From contig NC_045701.1 of NCBI RefSeq assembly GCF_009834535.1, positions 60,016,001-60,080,000 of the forward strand: a stretch of DNA of 64,000 nucleotides. Reading direction: 5' to 3'. Below are positions 38,040 to 50,578 of this stretch, one piece after another; positions within the stretch are counted from its first letter, which is position 1, and each line of letters starts with the position of its first letter. The position numbers and the translations under genes are program-made. The DNA comes from Camelus ferus. Taxonomy: Eukaryota. Under the pieces are notes generated by a model. The model did not search any database and was not told the origin of the DNA. It worked only from the letters and a program-made list of their open reading frames with translations.

Positions 38040-39390
38040 GGGGACATTCTGGGGACATTCTTAAGAGGTCTATAGTGCAAAACTATTTTCCTTATAATAC
38101 TAAGATTTTACTTGTCTTTTTTTAATGTATTGATGTTTGCACCAATGGTGCAAAAGAAATGGTGGGTAAAATTGCTGGCACTTTGGAGTGAATCAGGCTA
38201 CCAAGTGTGAGGTTGTCAGTGTAGCCAGTGTAGTTATCCTTCATTGCTACACAACTGCAGGGGAAAAAAAGTTTCACTTAAGAATTTCTTTGACAAAGCA
38301 GTAGACATTATTATTAATGTTCTTAAGCTCAACTCTTGACTATATATCTTTATAATATTCTATGGGATGTATGCATAAGTCACTTCTGCTACATCCTGAA
38401 ATACTATTATGTCTCAAGGAAAAAAACACTTGTAGGATTGGGTTAACCACTTTTTTTTTCCATGGGACACCATTTTTACTTGAAAGACAAACTATGGTTA
38501 TGGAGACTTGGGATTTTGTCAGATATTTTCTCTAAACATGAATGAAGTGAGCTTGTTACTTAAACAACCGTGAGTGTGACGCCAGCGATAAAATTGGATC
38601 CTCTAAGCCATACTCAGAATTTTGGAAAATTTATATCCACCATATAAGCTTGTCAGCTTACAAGATTTTTCTCATGAGTTGGTTGTTGATATTAACAATT
38701 GTGATTTTTTAATACTGGATAGTAAAATAGGTCAACATTTGGAAGAGGATCTGCATAACTCAGTAAACCTGTGCCTGGGTTTACAAAACCATGCCTGAGT
38801 CAAGGATCCATAAAAAGCATAAGATAGCCTTATGTAATAGTATAAAAAGTTCACTGATTATGTTTTTAATGTAACAGTATAAAAATTCATTGATCATGTT
38901 TTTAGATTGCACGTTGCAACTCACTTTTAAGAAACTACCACTTGTCAAGTCTTGATGTAGTATCAAAGAATATTCACAATTACCTGAAAAAGCTATTAAA
39001 ACATCCTCTCTTTTTCAATTGCTCTCTGTGCGAGGCTGGATTTTGTTCACATACTTCAACTAAAACAACGTTGCAGCAAATTGAATGCAGAAGCGGATCT
39101 AAGAATCCAGCTGGACTCTTAAGTCACACATTAAAGAGATTTGCAAAATTGTTAAGACAATGCCACTCTTCTCACTTAACTTTGTTTTACCAAATATAGT
39201 TATCTGTCTTAAAAACGTTATTTATATTAACATGCAATAGACATGTTATTGTTTAAGACGAATAAGTATCTTTAAATGTCTCAATTTTATTTCTAATATG
39301 GCAAATATCAGTAGAAAGAACACACAGAAACCAAAACTCTTTGAGTCCTCAATTTTTAAGACTATGAAAGGGTCCTGAGACCAAATTATT
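38040..39390. mobile_element. Charlie1-type hAT DNA transposon remnant (about 1.3 kb, with degraded transposase sequence)
   Basis: gacaaactatggttat...gaatgaagtgagc...tgtgcgaggctggattt...gaatgcagaagcggat...cattaaagagatttgcaaaa...gggtcctgagacca. Confidence 0.85.
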
Positions 39391-40649
39391 TTTAGGACTT
39401 CTAGGTTATTTTCCCCCTTTATCCTTCTTTCAGAAGTCTAGCACTATGAATTTGAGTGAGAATTTAGAGAGAAGGAACCAACAGACATTTGTGGATGTTA
39501 TATTGGGACCGATGGTAGGTGGCAATTAGGTGATAACACACGACAGGATAATTCAGTTATTTTTTTGAAGCTGTAGTCCTTTTTGTTTCGAATTATTTTT
39601 GCTGTGCATGGTACCTTTTCAGCCGGTTTTTGTTATAAGCCCTTTCTCATAAGAATAAGGAGGTCAGGAAATGACGCCCAGACAACCCAGAAGCCTATGT
39701 TGGTTTCTAACTGTAGCGGTGCCTGTTATGGGCAGCTTTATGCTAAACCTTTGCTTGATTTGAGCAGAGCGAGCCGGTCACAGTACTTCTGAGCAAGTGG
39801 TCAGAGCTGTAAGCACTAAAAGCTGAACTGCAAAAATAGCTCAAAAGTCTACGGATGGGAGCATCAGCAGTTTCACCTTATGTGACACTCATTTACCAGC
39901 ATGTTCCTTTGAAATCAAGGTTCTTGCAAAGCACAGAGGCTGACTAGTATCTTAATTTGCCTGAGCTGCATATTTCTTAGTTGAAATTACACTAATATGG
40001 TATTCTCTCAGTGGGAGCTGAGATTTGGGGAAAACAGAAACGATTTAATTTTTTGATAGAAAAATTAATTGCTCCAGAGTCTCGTTTCATGGCTCTTCAA
40101 TCTCATTTCCAGCAACCCCAGAGCTCTCTGCTCTTTTTGTTTCAAATGGACAAGGCAGCAGAGCTTCTGTTTGCCAGACCAGTTATATTGACATCCCTTT
40201 TATTAGGTTTTCTCCAATAATGCCAGGGTCAGTGGGCAGGTAAAGAGGCAGGAAGACCTGTTTCTTTCGTTCTCCCCTAAAACTTGTCTCCAGCATCAGG
40301 ATGTCACCCCGGCATCTGAAATGTCTGTTCAGCCCTAGACGACTTCCTATATGAGGCTGAGAGTGGGCGAGGAGGGCCACAGTGGTCCAGGGTTGCAGAC
40401 ACACTCTTGGTGTATGTCAGAGACTGCCCTTGATTTTGGAAGTGGCAGCTTAGTTCTAACATTGTTTTGGAGAAAATCAGTTGCCAGTCTCTGTGACTTT
40501 ACATTTGATTACAAAATATACTGGATCAAGCAACACTTCTAAATTACCTTGGGTCCAGTGGATCCAGAGAACTCTCTTGACACACAGAGAGTATTTATGT
40601 ATGACATTATGTGATATGTATGTGCATGTATATATGTATGCATGTACTT

Positions 40650-40960
40650 ACTAATGACACTGAGTTTATTCTGATGGAACTCAAAGTTTGGTGTGTGGGT
40701 GGAGACACAATTAGCCAAATTAACATAATATGCCTAGTGGTAAGTGCTATGGAAAAAATAAGGCGGAGTAAGGGGGCAGAGAGGAAGGCTGTGAGTGTGC
40801 TGTTCTGTTCAGGTCAGGTGATACTTGAGTTGCAGATCTGAAGAAAGGGAGAGAGTGCACCACGAGCTTTTGCTGGAGGAAGAGGGAACAGGATGTACAA
40901 AGACCCCACGGCAGGGTCATGACTGGTGAGTGAGAGTCAGCAGTAGGGAAGGGCACATGG
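40650..40960 (-). mobile_element. L2 fragment
   Basis: ctgatggaactcaaagttt...gtaagtgctatggaaaaaataagg...gagggaacaggatgtacaaagacccc. Confidence 0.7.
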
Positions 40961-43900
40961 CCGAGTCCTGAGGTCCAGGGGAGATACCAGCGTCGGTGTC
41001 GGCACAAAGTCAGCACCCTGTTAATGTCACTTCCCTTTTTAGCAACATACCTTTGTTAGTTAAGTGAAGTTCACCTGGATTCCATGCTGGCCTTCCGTTT
41101 GGCTGATGGAAACCTTTGGCTTGAAAAGCACCATTGTATCCACTTAAAATGATTTAATGTAAGTTGTTAAAGTAAAAACTGTTAAATGTATCATGAAGGC
41201 TTTCCCAAGTTCCCTGCATTCTATCAGGGTTTCTGATTGTTCTAAGCTACATTAGGATCCATTACATTGCTTAGTAAGCATTAAACGGTCCAATGTACTC
41301 TCTGGAGACACATAACAAGTCCATGCACTGTGAAGTGTAATTAGCTATAATTCAATTCAAATTACAGGTTATTAAGAAGTTACTGTTATTTGTGCAGCTC
41401 ACCCGTCTGAAACACAGAAAACTGAGGTCCAGCTAGAGTCTTCTGTTCCTGAACGTGGTGGGAACTGTCATCCGTTAAGTTTTAATAAATAAATGATGAC
41501 ACTTCTACCAAGCATCTGGAAAAGTGAGCAGGTTGAAGGTCAGTCCGGGCACACTGTAGGGACTTTGTATACACCTTTTGGAAGGTTAATTCTTACAGCG
41601 TTTGATGGTACTTCCTGTTTCAGGTAAATGAGGGCACTTACATGATCCGAGTCCTTAGATTGGAATTCACCCAAGTACTGGAACTAGGGCTTCAAACAGT
41701 ATGAAATGGCGGGAGAGGATCTTTCCTAGAGCAATGGAATCACCTGAGAATTTTACAGTCTCGGCCCCAGACAGAATCGAGTCTCTGGGGAAGAGGCCAA
41801 GGAAGCAGATCCCTAACAAGCACGTTGCTGGTTCTGATGGCTGGCCAAGTTTGGGTGACCCTGTCGTACCCTCAATTATATCTAATTTGATGACTGGACA
41901 TTTTTGGTGACTGGGAGGTCTGCTAGCTGCGGGGGGGAGGGGGGGACACATAGAAAAAAAAACTGCATAGCAGAATATATTACTTTTGTGTAGTCTTTTG
42001 AGAGTTGACAAAACCCCAAAAGCATTTTTTAAAGAGTCTTTAAAATGCTGTGACATAAACAGGCCAGGTTACAGGTTTTTTCACTTTTAAGAGGAGAAAA
42101 TGAGACTCAGAGGTAAAGGGCCTTGCTAAGGCCTATACTCGGTGCTGATGCTGAGACACAAAGCAGGGCCTGAAAGCGGTTAGATCAGAATGGGAATGTT
42201 GACTTTGAGCAAGTTCTAGGCATTTCCTTTCTCTTCAAGTACCTGGGACCAGGAAAAGGCAATTTAAAGTGATCTAGCTACAATAGGAGCCAGCTTCTTT
42301 TTTAATAGTATGTTTTAAAGATTTGATTGGTATTCTGTCTTTTAAAATGATGACAGAAATGGTTGAAGTTTCTTGCGTATTCTGTTTATCAGCATTTGTG
42401 TTACGATGGCACCTGGATGCTAATTCTTAGACCCAAGACCAGGTCAAATGTGTGTACTCAGTGTGTGCGTTTCTGACCTATTTGAAGGCTCAATACCTTC
42501 CACTTCACGCTGACTTTCTCAGCACTATCGTAAAAAAGGATATTTTTTGCAAAAATATTTGGAGGTGAAGGTATCATCAATTTTTCCAAAGGCTGGGCAG
42601 GGCTCCATCAGTGTTGATCTTTTCTCTGGTGGTGGACCTGACATCCCGGGTTTACTTTGTCGGGGGTTTACCTGTGATTGGAGCAGCTTGTCAATTGATT
42701 TCAAGACCTGTGTCAGCTACAAGATCTCACTATACCCTGCACCTGATTTTTATCGTGTGAGTTGTGTTGTGAGATATTGCTGATACTCAGAAAATGAGAA
42801 CAGCCGTTGACATGTTGAGCAAGAAGGGACTAATTTAAAAGTGGTCAGTCTGTTCCTTGGTGACTGTTTTTATGCTTTGAGCATTTAGTTTACCTGCATC
42901 AATCTCACTATTATGGGGATTTTGGTAATGAAAACTCACATGATGAGTTCGGGTGTCACAGTAAAACGAATAACTTCTTTCTTCGGAAAGATGTAGTAAG
43001 TCTTATACAAGTCAGTAGTGTTCAGATACCATTCTGTAGAAGGGGTTGCATGTCTGGGTACCATCATCTCATCTAATAGTTACTTACAATCCACCCAAAG
43101 GACTGCCTGACAGAACCCGGACGGGTCTTTCTAATAGTGAACTTTAGGAAGGAATCATTGATGAAGACGGAACTTAACTCTCGAAGGGAACCATTGATTT
43201 TGTTCAAAAGAGTAATGGGTGATGATTCAGTAGGACTGAGACCTCCTGTTGGCCCCTCAGGACCCTGTGAGACACTCAGCCAGGATGCAGAATGAGCAGT
43301 TTCTGAGTCCCACTCAAGCATCTTCCTGACCATCACATCTTGTACCACGCCTCTGTCTCAGGTGTGGCATGTCCTTATTAGAGACTCTAATTCCTATATT
43401 CTTAGTTTTTCCTCTGTGAATGCTCAGAGGTCACTGTCAGTCCAGTCTGTGTGGGCCCTGTCTCTAACATGCAGGATATTGACTATGAGTTGACTGTCTG
43501 CTTGGTCCTCTTTCTCTCTCTCTCTAACCAGGAACCATGAGTTGCTTCTGGCCTGAAACTGGACCACAGACAGGATTTTGTTTCGTATGTGGCACAGAAC
43601 AATGCTTTACAAGTGTTTTAACTTCTTCAGAGCAGGCAGGGTTCTCCAGGGCACCACTGTCCCCTGCGCTCCCAGTCTCTGAATTCCCTCTGACCTCACA
43701 CCGCCGTGTCTCCACCTCTCAGTCTGTAATCCTGAATCTGAGTGTTTGTTCACTGTTTTTCTTGGCAGTGTGTAGGTGGCGTGGGGCACTTGTAATTTTC
43801 TTGGAAGGCGAAGGATCACTTTTTCACTGGAGTCAACTGAAAACACTTTCCCTTCGCTGAATACCTCAGAGTTCCTCTCTTGCACCATTGGGCATCCCTA

Positions 43901-44204
43901 CCGACCCCAGTGGCACTTCCACTTCTGGTTTGGGGTCAGGCAGTCTCACTGTTCTGGGGAGCTTCAGGGGGAAGGGGAGGGAGAGAAATCTCTTTGTTTT
44001 TTGGGGAGGTAAGTTAAGCTTTTAAAGACTAGGTCTCTTTTAGTGATACCTCCAGCTTCCTGAATGCCTGATAAAAGTTCATTTCTGGTGTTAGTGTTAA
44101 TATTTTCGTTAACAAAGCCTCATGGACAAAATCCCTTGGGCGCTGTTGTTGGAGATCTCTTACTGTGCTGGAGATACAGGCTCGGCGGTAGAAGGGCATC
44201 AGCT

Positions 44205-44345
44205 TTAGATCAGATGGACCTGGCTCTGCCTCCTGTACTTTCCAACTGTGGGTGGCCTTGAGCAGTGGTTGCCTCATGTGAAAAATACAGGGCTGGTGGT
44301 GTCTACCTCTAGGATTGTTGTGAAGGTTATACGAGATGTTACATG
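44205..44345 (+). mobile_element. MIR fragment
   Basis: ggacctggctctgcc...aactgtgggtggccttgagcag...tctacctctaggattgttgtgaaggtta. Confidence 0.7.
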
Positions 44346-46019
44346 CCCACAAGTGTTGTATTACAGCCTGATGCAGATTATGTGCCCACCCATTTGGGAA
44401 GGAAATCTGTACCCAATTTATTTCCATGTCCTTTATGGTGAATCATCTGAAAGACATTGGGGAAAATATGATGACAGTAGCTTCCTTTCTCAGCCATTGT
44501 TCAAATCCTAGACAGCAGTTGAACTTCACATGTATTTCATGTTCTGGGAGGATGCAAGGTACATTCCGGTCTGTGTGTCTAAGTGCCTTTGATGGGAGCT
44601 GCCATCAGTGAAGCCGTGGATGGGTGAGAAGATGCGGGAAGGATTCACTCCCTGTGAGGAGGGGGCACTGCCTAGCCAGGTTCCTGCCTGCTCGGCTGCC
44701 GGAAACATGGCTCCCTTCTTCCTAAATCCACCCACCAGAGCCAATGCTCCGTCTTTTCCCAAGTCACTCTTTGAGGCTCTGGCTCATGAACTGGATGGCT
44801 GCTGCTGCTGCTCTGTGTCTCCTTGTGAGGGCCAGTGGTGTTCATGGTGTGGTGTATGTGCAACAGCCCTGGTACTCCAGAGGGATGTTGGTAGGACAGC
44901 AGGACAGGCATCAGGGTCTACTCTCCTGCCTACCATGACCCAGTGGCTTCAGAGAATTGTTCTTGGAGATCATATTGAAAACCAGCTCCCATGATTGGCT
45001 GGTTCCATTAGCACAGTTGCAATGAGAGCCTTCTTCCTATAGTTATGTTGAGAAGAATAAGTCAATGTTGATAAGACATTTCCAGGTCCCAGAAAGAAGG
45101 GGTTTTAAAAGCAGATTGCATTGCTACTTGATATTAATTCCTATCCATAGAGAATAGTTTTAAGTGCCAGGGCAGACATTGTGAATTGTCAGACAGCGTT
45201 GGTCCCCATCCCCTCCCTTTTCCCCTGTACCAGGATTTTGTTAGGTGTGGTCACCAGCCTGATGGCCTCAGTGCTGTCCATCAGCTTGGAGCTGCCCTGC
45301 TGTTTTCTTTGTTATTTGTTCACACATTGAAGTTGGTTCACTCCGTGTGGATGTCTTTGTAGCCTTTGGTCTTTTCCCAAATATTTGCCTTAGTTTATTA
45401 AATTAGTTTCTCATTTATCAGTTAAAATGTGTGTTGACTTTTGTGGTTTTAATTTTACAGGCTTCATTGTCTTTGTATTACCAGATGATATCTCTTGTTT
45501 GAGTCCGTAAGCAGGGTTTGTTGCCCTGCTGGCTTTTTTTGTTCAGAGCTCACCCACCACCCAGTTCCTTCTTAAGGATGGTGTTATATTCAAGTGAAAA
45601 TCCACTTTAAACCAGGACTTAATGATTAATTAAAATGTTTCTTGTGTAAATTGGAGGCAAAACGACTACTTTGTTCCACATGAAGGAGGAGCAGGTGCTG
45701 AAAAACTGCTGACTTTTGTGTGGACTTGGGTCAGTCTCTTTACTCTGCTCCCTGGTGCCTGCAGGGAGGGAAATAAGGATCCAAAGGGCTGAGGGGAGGG
45801 TAGGCTCAGCTGCTTCTGGGGAGCCTGACAGGTATCATCAAAGTATGTTAATGGCTCTTTTCCTCTAGGGTCTTGGGGAGGCTGCTGCCTGTGAGGGCAA
45901 ACAGAATCTAGATCTGAGTGCTTCCAGCACTATTTCTGGCTCATGGACTGTGACAGTGGGTACTGTTATGGCTAAGTTGCTCCTCCTAAAGTCCTCACCA
46001 TATCCTTGGATGCTCCCCT

Positions 46020-46742
46020 GTCCCCTCTCTCAGGTGGTGCCCAGGGGACTCCCTGAGTTGTGGAGTTAGATTTGGGAGTCCAGGAAGACTAAGGCAGCTA
46101 GAGATCACAGGATAGAATACCAGGGAGGAGACAGCTGCCCAGAGAAGGGACTCCAGAGATACACAAATTGTCCCCCTTGAGTAATCAACTGAGTACTGAT
46201 CAGTATAAGGAAACTCCCCTAGGCCAGGGAGTCATCCAAAAGGATTAGAGAGAACTGTGGCTGGTGCTCACACAGGGCCAGGAATGGAGCCTAGCCCTAC
46301 CAGCCAGACTGGAAATCCTCAAGATTCATGGAGTGTTGAGTTGAGTATACAGAAGGGTCTTGCCTCCCTAGTGGGGAGTAACTAGCCCTAGGCTGAGCAC
46401 TGTTCTGGCCCAGCTAAAAAATCTAAAAATCAAAATCTAATAGGATCAAACTATTTCCAAGTAACTTAACTGTGTCCCCAAACAAAGCTCAGGAATATTT
46501 ATGGGCATACGAAACTATCCAGTATTCAACAGATAAAATTCACAATGTTTGGGATCCCATCAAAAATGGCCAGATACACAAAGAAGCAAGAAAATATGAC
46601 CTATGTTGGAAAATCAGTCAATCAGTTGAAACTGACCCAGAACTAACACAGATGTTAGGATTAGCAGCCCAGACATGTAAAAAGTTATAACTATCCCATA
46701 CGTTCAAAAATTTCAATTCAGAGAAGGAAGGTTAAAAAAAAA
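46020..46742 (+). mobile_element. Old L1 (L1M4/L1MD class) 5' region and ORF1 start
   Basis: gggagtccaggaagactaaggcagctagag...aaacaaagctcaggaatattt...gaaactgacccagaactaacacagatgttaggattagcag. Confidence 0.75.
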
Positions 46743-46779
46743 AACCCACAAATTCGATCTCAAACATGGTGTGCCTACT

Positions 46780-49070
46780 ATCAGTCCTTACATTACTTAA
46801 ACCTTACATTACTTCCACCAAATCCACGTGACCCAAACCTGGCCCCTACTAATTTATCTGCTCCCTAAGCCCATCCTGGTCCACTCAGTATTCTCTTGAC
46901 TCTGGGGTCCACTCAGAGGCTCTTGACTCTGCAGTGCAAACTCAGTGATGCCAGGAGTCAGCTGACCCTTAATCTTCCTTTATGTCTGCCACACCCATGC
47001 CAGGTCTGAGCAGTCATTCTGCAGTGCTGCTCCTGGGACAAAGAACGCACCTCAATTCTCAGTGTATAACCAGGTACCCAGCAAAAATCCAAGTGTGCTT
47101 CTTGTTTTTTCAGCAACTGCAAAACCTTTATACTTGCAAGCCTCTTTTTTTTTTTTTTTTCTCAAACACAAATTCTGGTTCTAATACTCTGCTAAAAAAG
47201 TCCTTCAATAACTTCCATCTTTATGTGCCCACTGTCCCTCAGTATAGCCATCTCCTCTCTTCCTTTCTGCTGGTTGCCAGGGTAGCCTTTCTTCTCATAG
47301 AGGCTACATCCTTTTCTGGGCAGATTCATCTCCTCTGGCCTCTGAACAGATTCTTGATCACTTATCTGGTCTGACTGCACTTTGTATAGTCCCTCAGTCT
47401 CTTTGGGTTGTTGCTGCTTTGGTCATGTTGGTGGGAAAAAAACTTCTTCACCTGATCCTCATCTACCATCCTTTCTTTCCCCCCTTTGTAGCCAACTCTC
47501 TTGGCAAATACTCTGTATCAGCTCCTCACCACCTACTTTGTCCTCAGTCTGTGATTCTCTCTCGTTCAGACACCTAATTACAAAACCTACTGGCCTTTGT
47601 CAGCGACCTTCCGCCCTGACCTTGCTGCTATATTTGGTTCTGTTTCCTGTTGGCTTCTTTTGGGAGCCTCACGTCACCACTGCACGTCTCGGCGCTCTGT
47701 TCTGAGTGGTAATCCTCACACTTCCGTCTCCTTCTCCCAGACCCTTCAGTGATGCCTTCATCTTCATCATTCCCTTCAAGGCCCCCGTTTACCCCGTGCC
47801 TTCATTTGAAGCACAGGTGGCCGTGCTTCCTAAGTGAACGAGAAAGCTGCAGCAGGCGTGACTTCCCTCAGATACATCCCACCCCAGACTTTTTCTTCTT
47901 TCCCACCCACTTTTACTCTTTAGCCTCCGTCCCAGGGGTTAGTTGTCCTTGTTTTGGCCAGACCTGAGCTTCCTCGAGGACTTTGTTTCCCTACCTCTAA
48001 CTTCTTCATTTCCCTCTCTCTTGGTTTCCTTCCCCAGTCTGCAAGCATGGCCAAGCCTTCTCATCCTAAAAGTCTTCCCTGCACCTCCTTGGGTATTTTC
48101 CGGGTTGTTTCCTCCTTTGCATCCAGATATCTTCAAAGTATAGCCTGTGTCCACTCTGTCCCCTCATTTGCCTTCTGTTTTCTCCTCCAGCCACTACTGA
48201 AGCTCTCTGGCTTTCTTCACCCCGACTCTGCTCAGGGAGCTCCTGATGAGGTCACCAAGGTCATCTGTATTGCCAAATTCAGTCAGTGGTTTTCAGTCCC
48301 CATGTTACTGGTCATCTCTGTTGCATTTGCCAATGCTCGTCACTCCCACCACCTCAGAGCCTTCCACATTTTCCCTCTGCTGCTCTCAAGTTTGCTAATA
48401 TCCTCCCTGACTTTTCCTTCTCTGTTTCCTCGGGCCTCTCTCCATCCCTCTGCAGTTTGTATTCTCGAGGGATCAGCGTTCAGCGTGCGACTGTCCTCAT
48501 GCCCCTAGGGATCTGTGTTAGTCTGGGGCTTTTGCTCTGCCTGTTGCTCTCTACCCCGACAACTGTCTCTGAAGTCCAGAGCTCTCTCCTGAGTGCCAGC
48601 TTCCTGTATCCGGTCCCATGCTGGGCACTCCCACCTTGGCGTTCCTCCATTCTTTCAGTTAGCAGGCATGCATCTTCTATCCCCATGTCCTGTTGACTGT
48701 GAAATCTTAAATATGATGAAAGAAAGCATCCCCCATCAGTGCTACACTATTCTAATCCTGTTCCCAACTCTTTCCCTTCCTCTTCTTTCACAGGCTTCCA
48801 CTTCTCCTATGTCTTGAACGTGGGCACCTGTCCTTACAGGGGCTTCCATCTTCAGGGAGACCGTCCACTATTATGTTCAGCCTCATCTTTCCCTTAAGCC
48901 CTGGTTCAGTGATAAGTTTCAAATACCTTCGACTCAGGCCCAAGTCATCATTTTCCTCCCTTCTCAACCCCCTCTGCTTACTCTGTTTCTGTCCTTGCTA
49001 CTTCTCTTCTCCTGGACACCCAAGCTCCAACCCACATATTTCCCCCACCTACGCATTTTGTCTCTGCAAC
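46780..49070 (+). mobile_element. Long L2 remnant including the ORF2 reverse-transcriptase region
   Basis: The frame of ORF 47954-48508 gives SGFLHPDSAQGAPDEVTKVICIAKFSQWFSVPMLLVISVAFANARHS, aligning with the recalled L2/CR1 RT motif [48 protein letters not shown]. Outer boundaries approximate. Confidence 0.78.
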
Positions 49071-49519
49071 TAAAAGCAAAAGCAATGTGAAGTTACTGTT
49101 CTGTTGTGTAGCTCTGTCGGTACCCGCCCCCCGCCCCCGACACGCTGATATGTGAGGATACAAAATGAGGCAAAGAGAAGTGGTTCCTACCATTTCCTGT
49201 TTTAGCAAGCATCTGCAGGGCCTTTACCCACCTCCAACTTTGACATTAAGTAATCATGTCAGAAGTGATACTTTTGGAAGTGGTTTCATCCAGACTTCCA
49301 TTTCCAGCCGGAAGGAGAGCTAAGAAGGAGGATTAGCCACTGAAAGATGAAGATGTGGAATCAGTTTAATGAGGCTTCTCACTGGGGATGTTGACAGGAA
49401 TTCTTCTAACAATACTTACTTTAGATAATTCCGTTATGTGGCACCTCCTTTCCCTTTGGGTAGCGGATTCCGTCACACCATATGGACCAGTCCCGTAACT
49501 TTCCTGTTACCTTCAGTGT

Positions 49520-50140
49520 CTTTTTTCAGCTTTATTGAGGTACAGTTGACGAATAAAATTACAAGATGTTTAAAGTATACCTCGTGGTGATTTGAGAGCA
49601 TATGTATCATGAAAGGACTCCCACATCGAGTTAATGAACACATCCATGACTGCCTTCAGTTGTTTTGAAAGTTATTTTTAATTGTGGTAAAACACATTTA
49701 ACATAAAAATATACCATCTTAACCATTTTAAGTGTGTAGTTCAGTGGTATTTATTACATTTGCATTGCTGTGCAACCATCACCACTATCCATCTCTAGGG
49801 CTTTTTTTTTTTGAAACTGAACAGAACTCTTGTGCAACTGAAATTCTATCCATTAAATAATAAATCCCATTCCCCAACTCCCCAGCCCCTGGCAACCACC
49901 ATTCTACTCTCTGTCTCAGTTGAATTTGACTACCCTGGGTATCTTACATGAGTGGAATCATAATAGTATTTGTCTTGTGACCTGTTTATACCACTTAGCA
50001 TAATGTTCTCAAGATCCCCCCATGTTGTAGCATGTATCAGAATTCCTTTCCTTTTCAAGGCTGCATAATACTTCATTGTATTTAAATGCCACATGTTGTT
50101 TATCCATCCAGGCTTTATCTATCAGTGGACACTTGGATTA
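49520..50140 (-). mobile_element. Two adjacent L1 3' ends (L1MA9-like, then L1MB-like)
   Basis: cagctttattgaggtacagttgac (49527) and ttttaattgtggtaaaacac...cagcccctggcaaccaccattctactc...gtggacacttgg (49675-50137). Confidence 0.88.
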
Positions 50141-50299
50141 CTCACTTTCATTTTTAAAACAATCTCATACTAGTAATTTTAGACCAAATCCTGTTCATTT
50201 TGAAAACTTTAATTTCATACTCAGTTGAGACCTCCTTGACTCATCTCTGCCAACTGTGGCCTGGCTGCCTGGAGTGAAGAAGAGGGTGAAATCTTTTCT

Positions 50300-50578
50300 T
50301 TTTAGATATAATTGATAAATAACATACTTGTTTCAGGAGTATGACATAATGATTCAATATTTGTGTATATTGTGAAACGATCACCACAGGAAGTCTAGTT
50401 AACATCCATCAGCATGCACAGTTACAAAAATTTTTTTCTCTTCTGATGAGGACTTTTAAGAGCTACTCTTTTAGCAGTTTTTAAATAGACAGTCCAATAT
50501 TGTTAACTGTAGTCACCATGCTGACATTGCATCTCCATGGCTTATGTATTTGGTAACTGGAACTTTGTACCTTTTGGA
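50300..50578 (-). mobile_element. L1MA9-like 3' end
   Basis: gatataattgataaataac...gatcaccacaggaagtctagttaacatccatca...ttaactgtagtcaccatgctg...taactggaactttgtacctttt. Confidence 0.88.

Noticed and set aside
44006-44014. Perfect donor GAG|GTAAGT (similarly CAG|GTGAGT at 57908-57916)
   Set aside because: No convincing acceptor at exon distance and no PRKCH-like peptide. Isolated consensus donors are common in introns.
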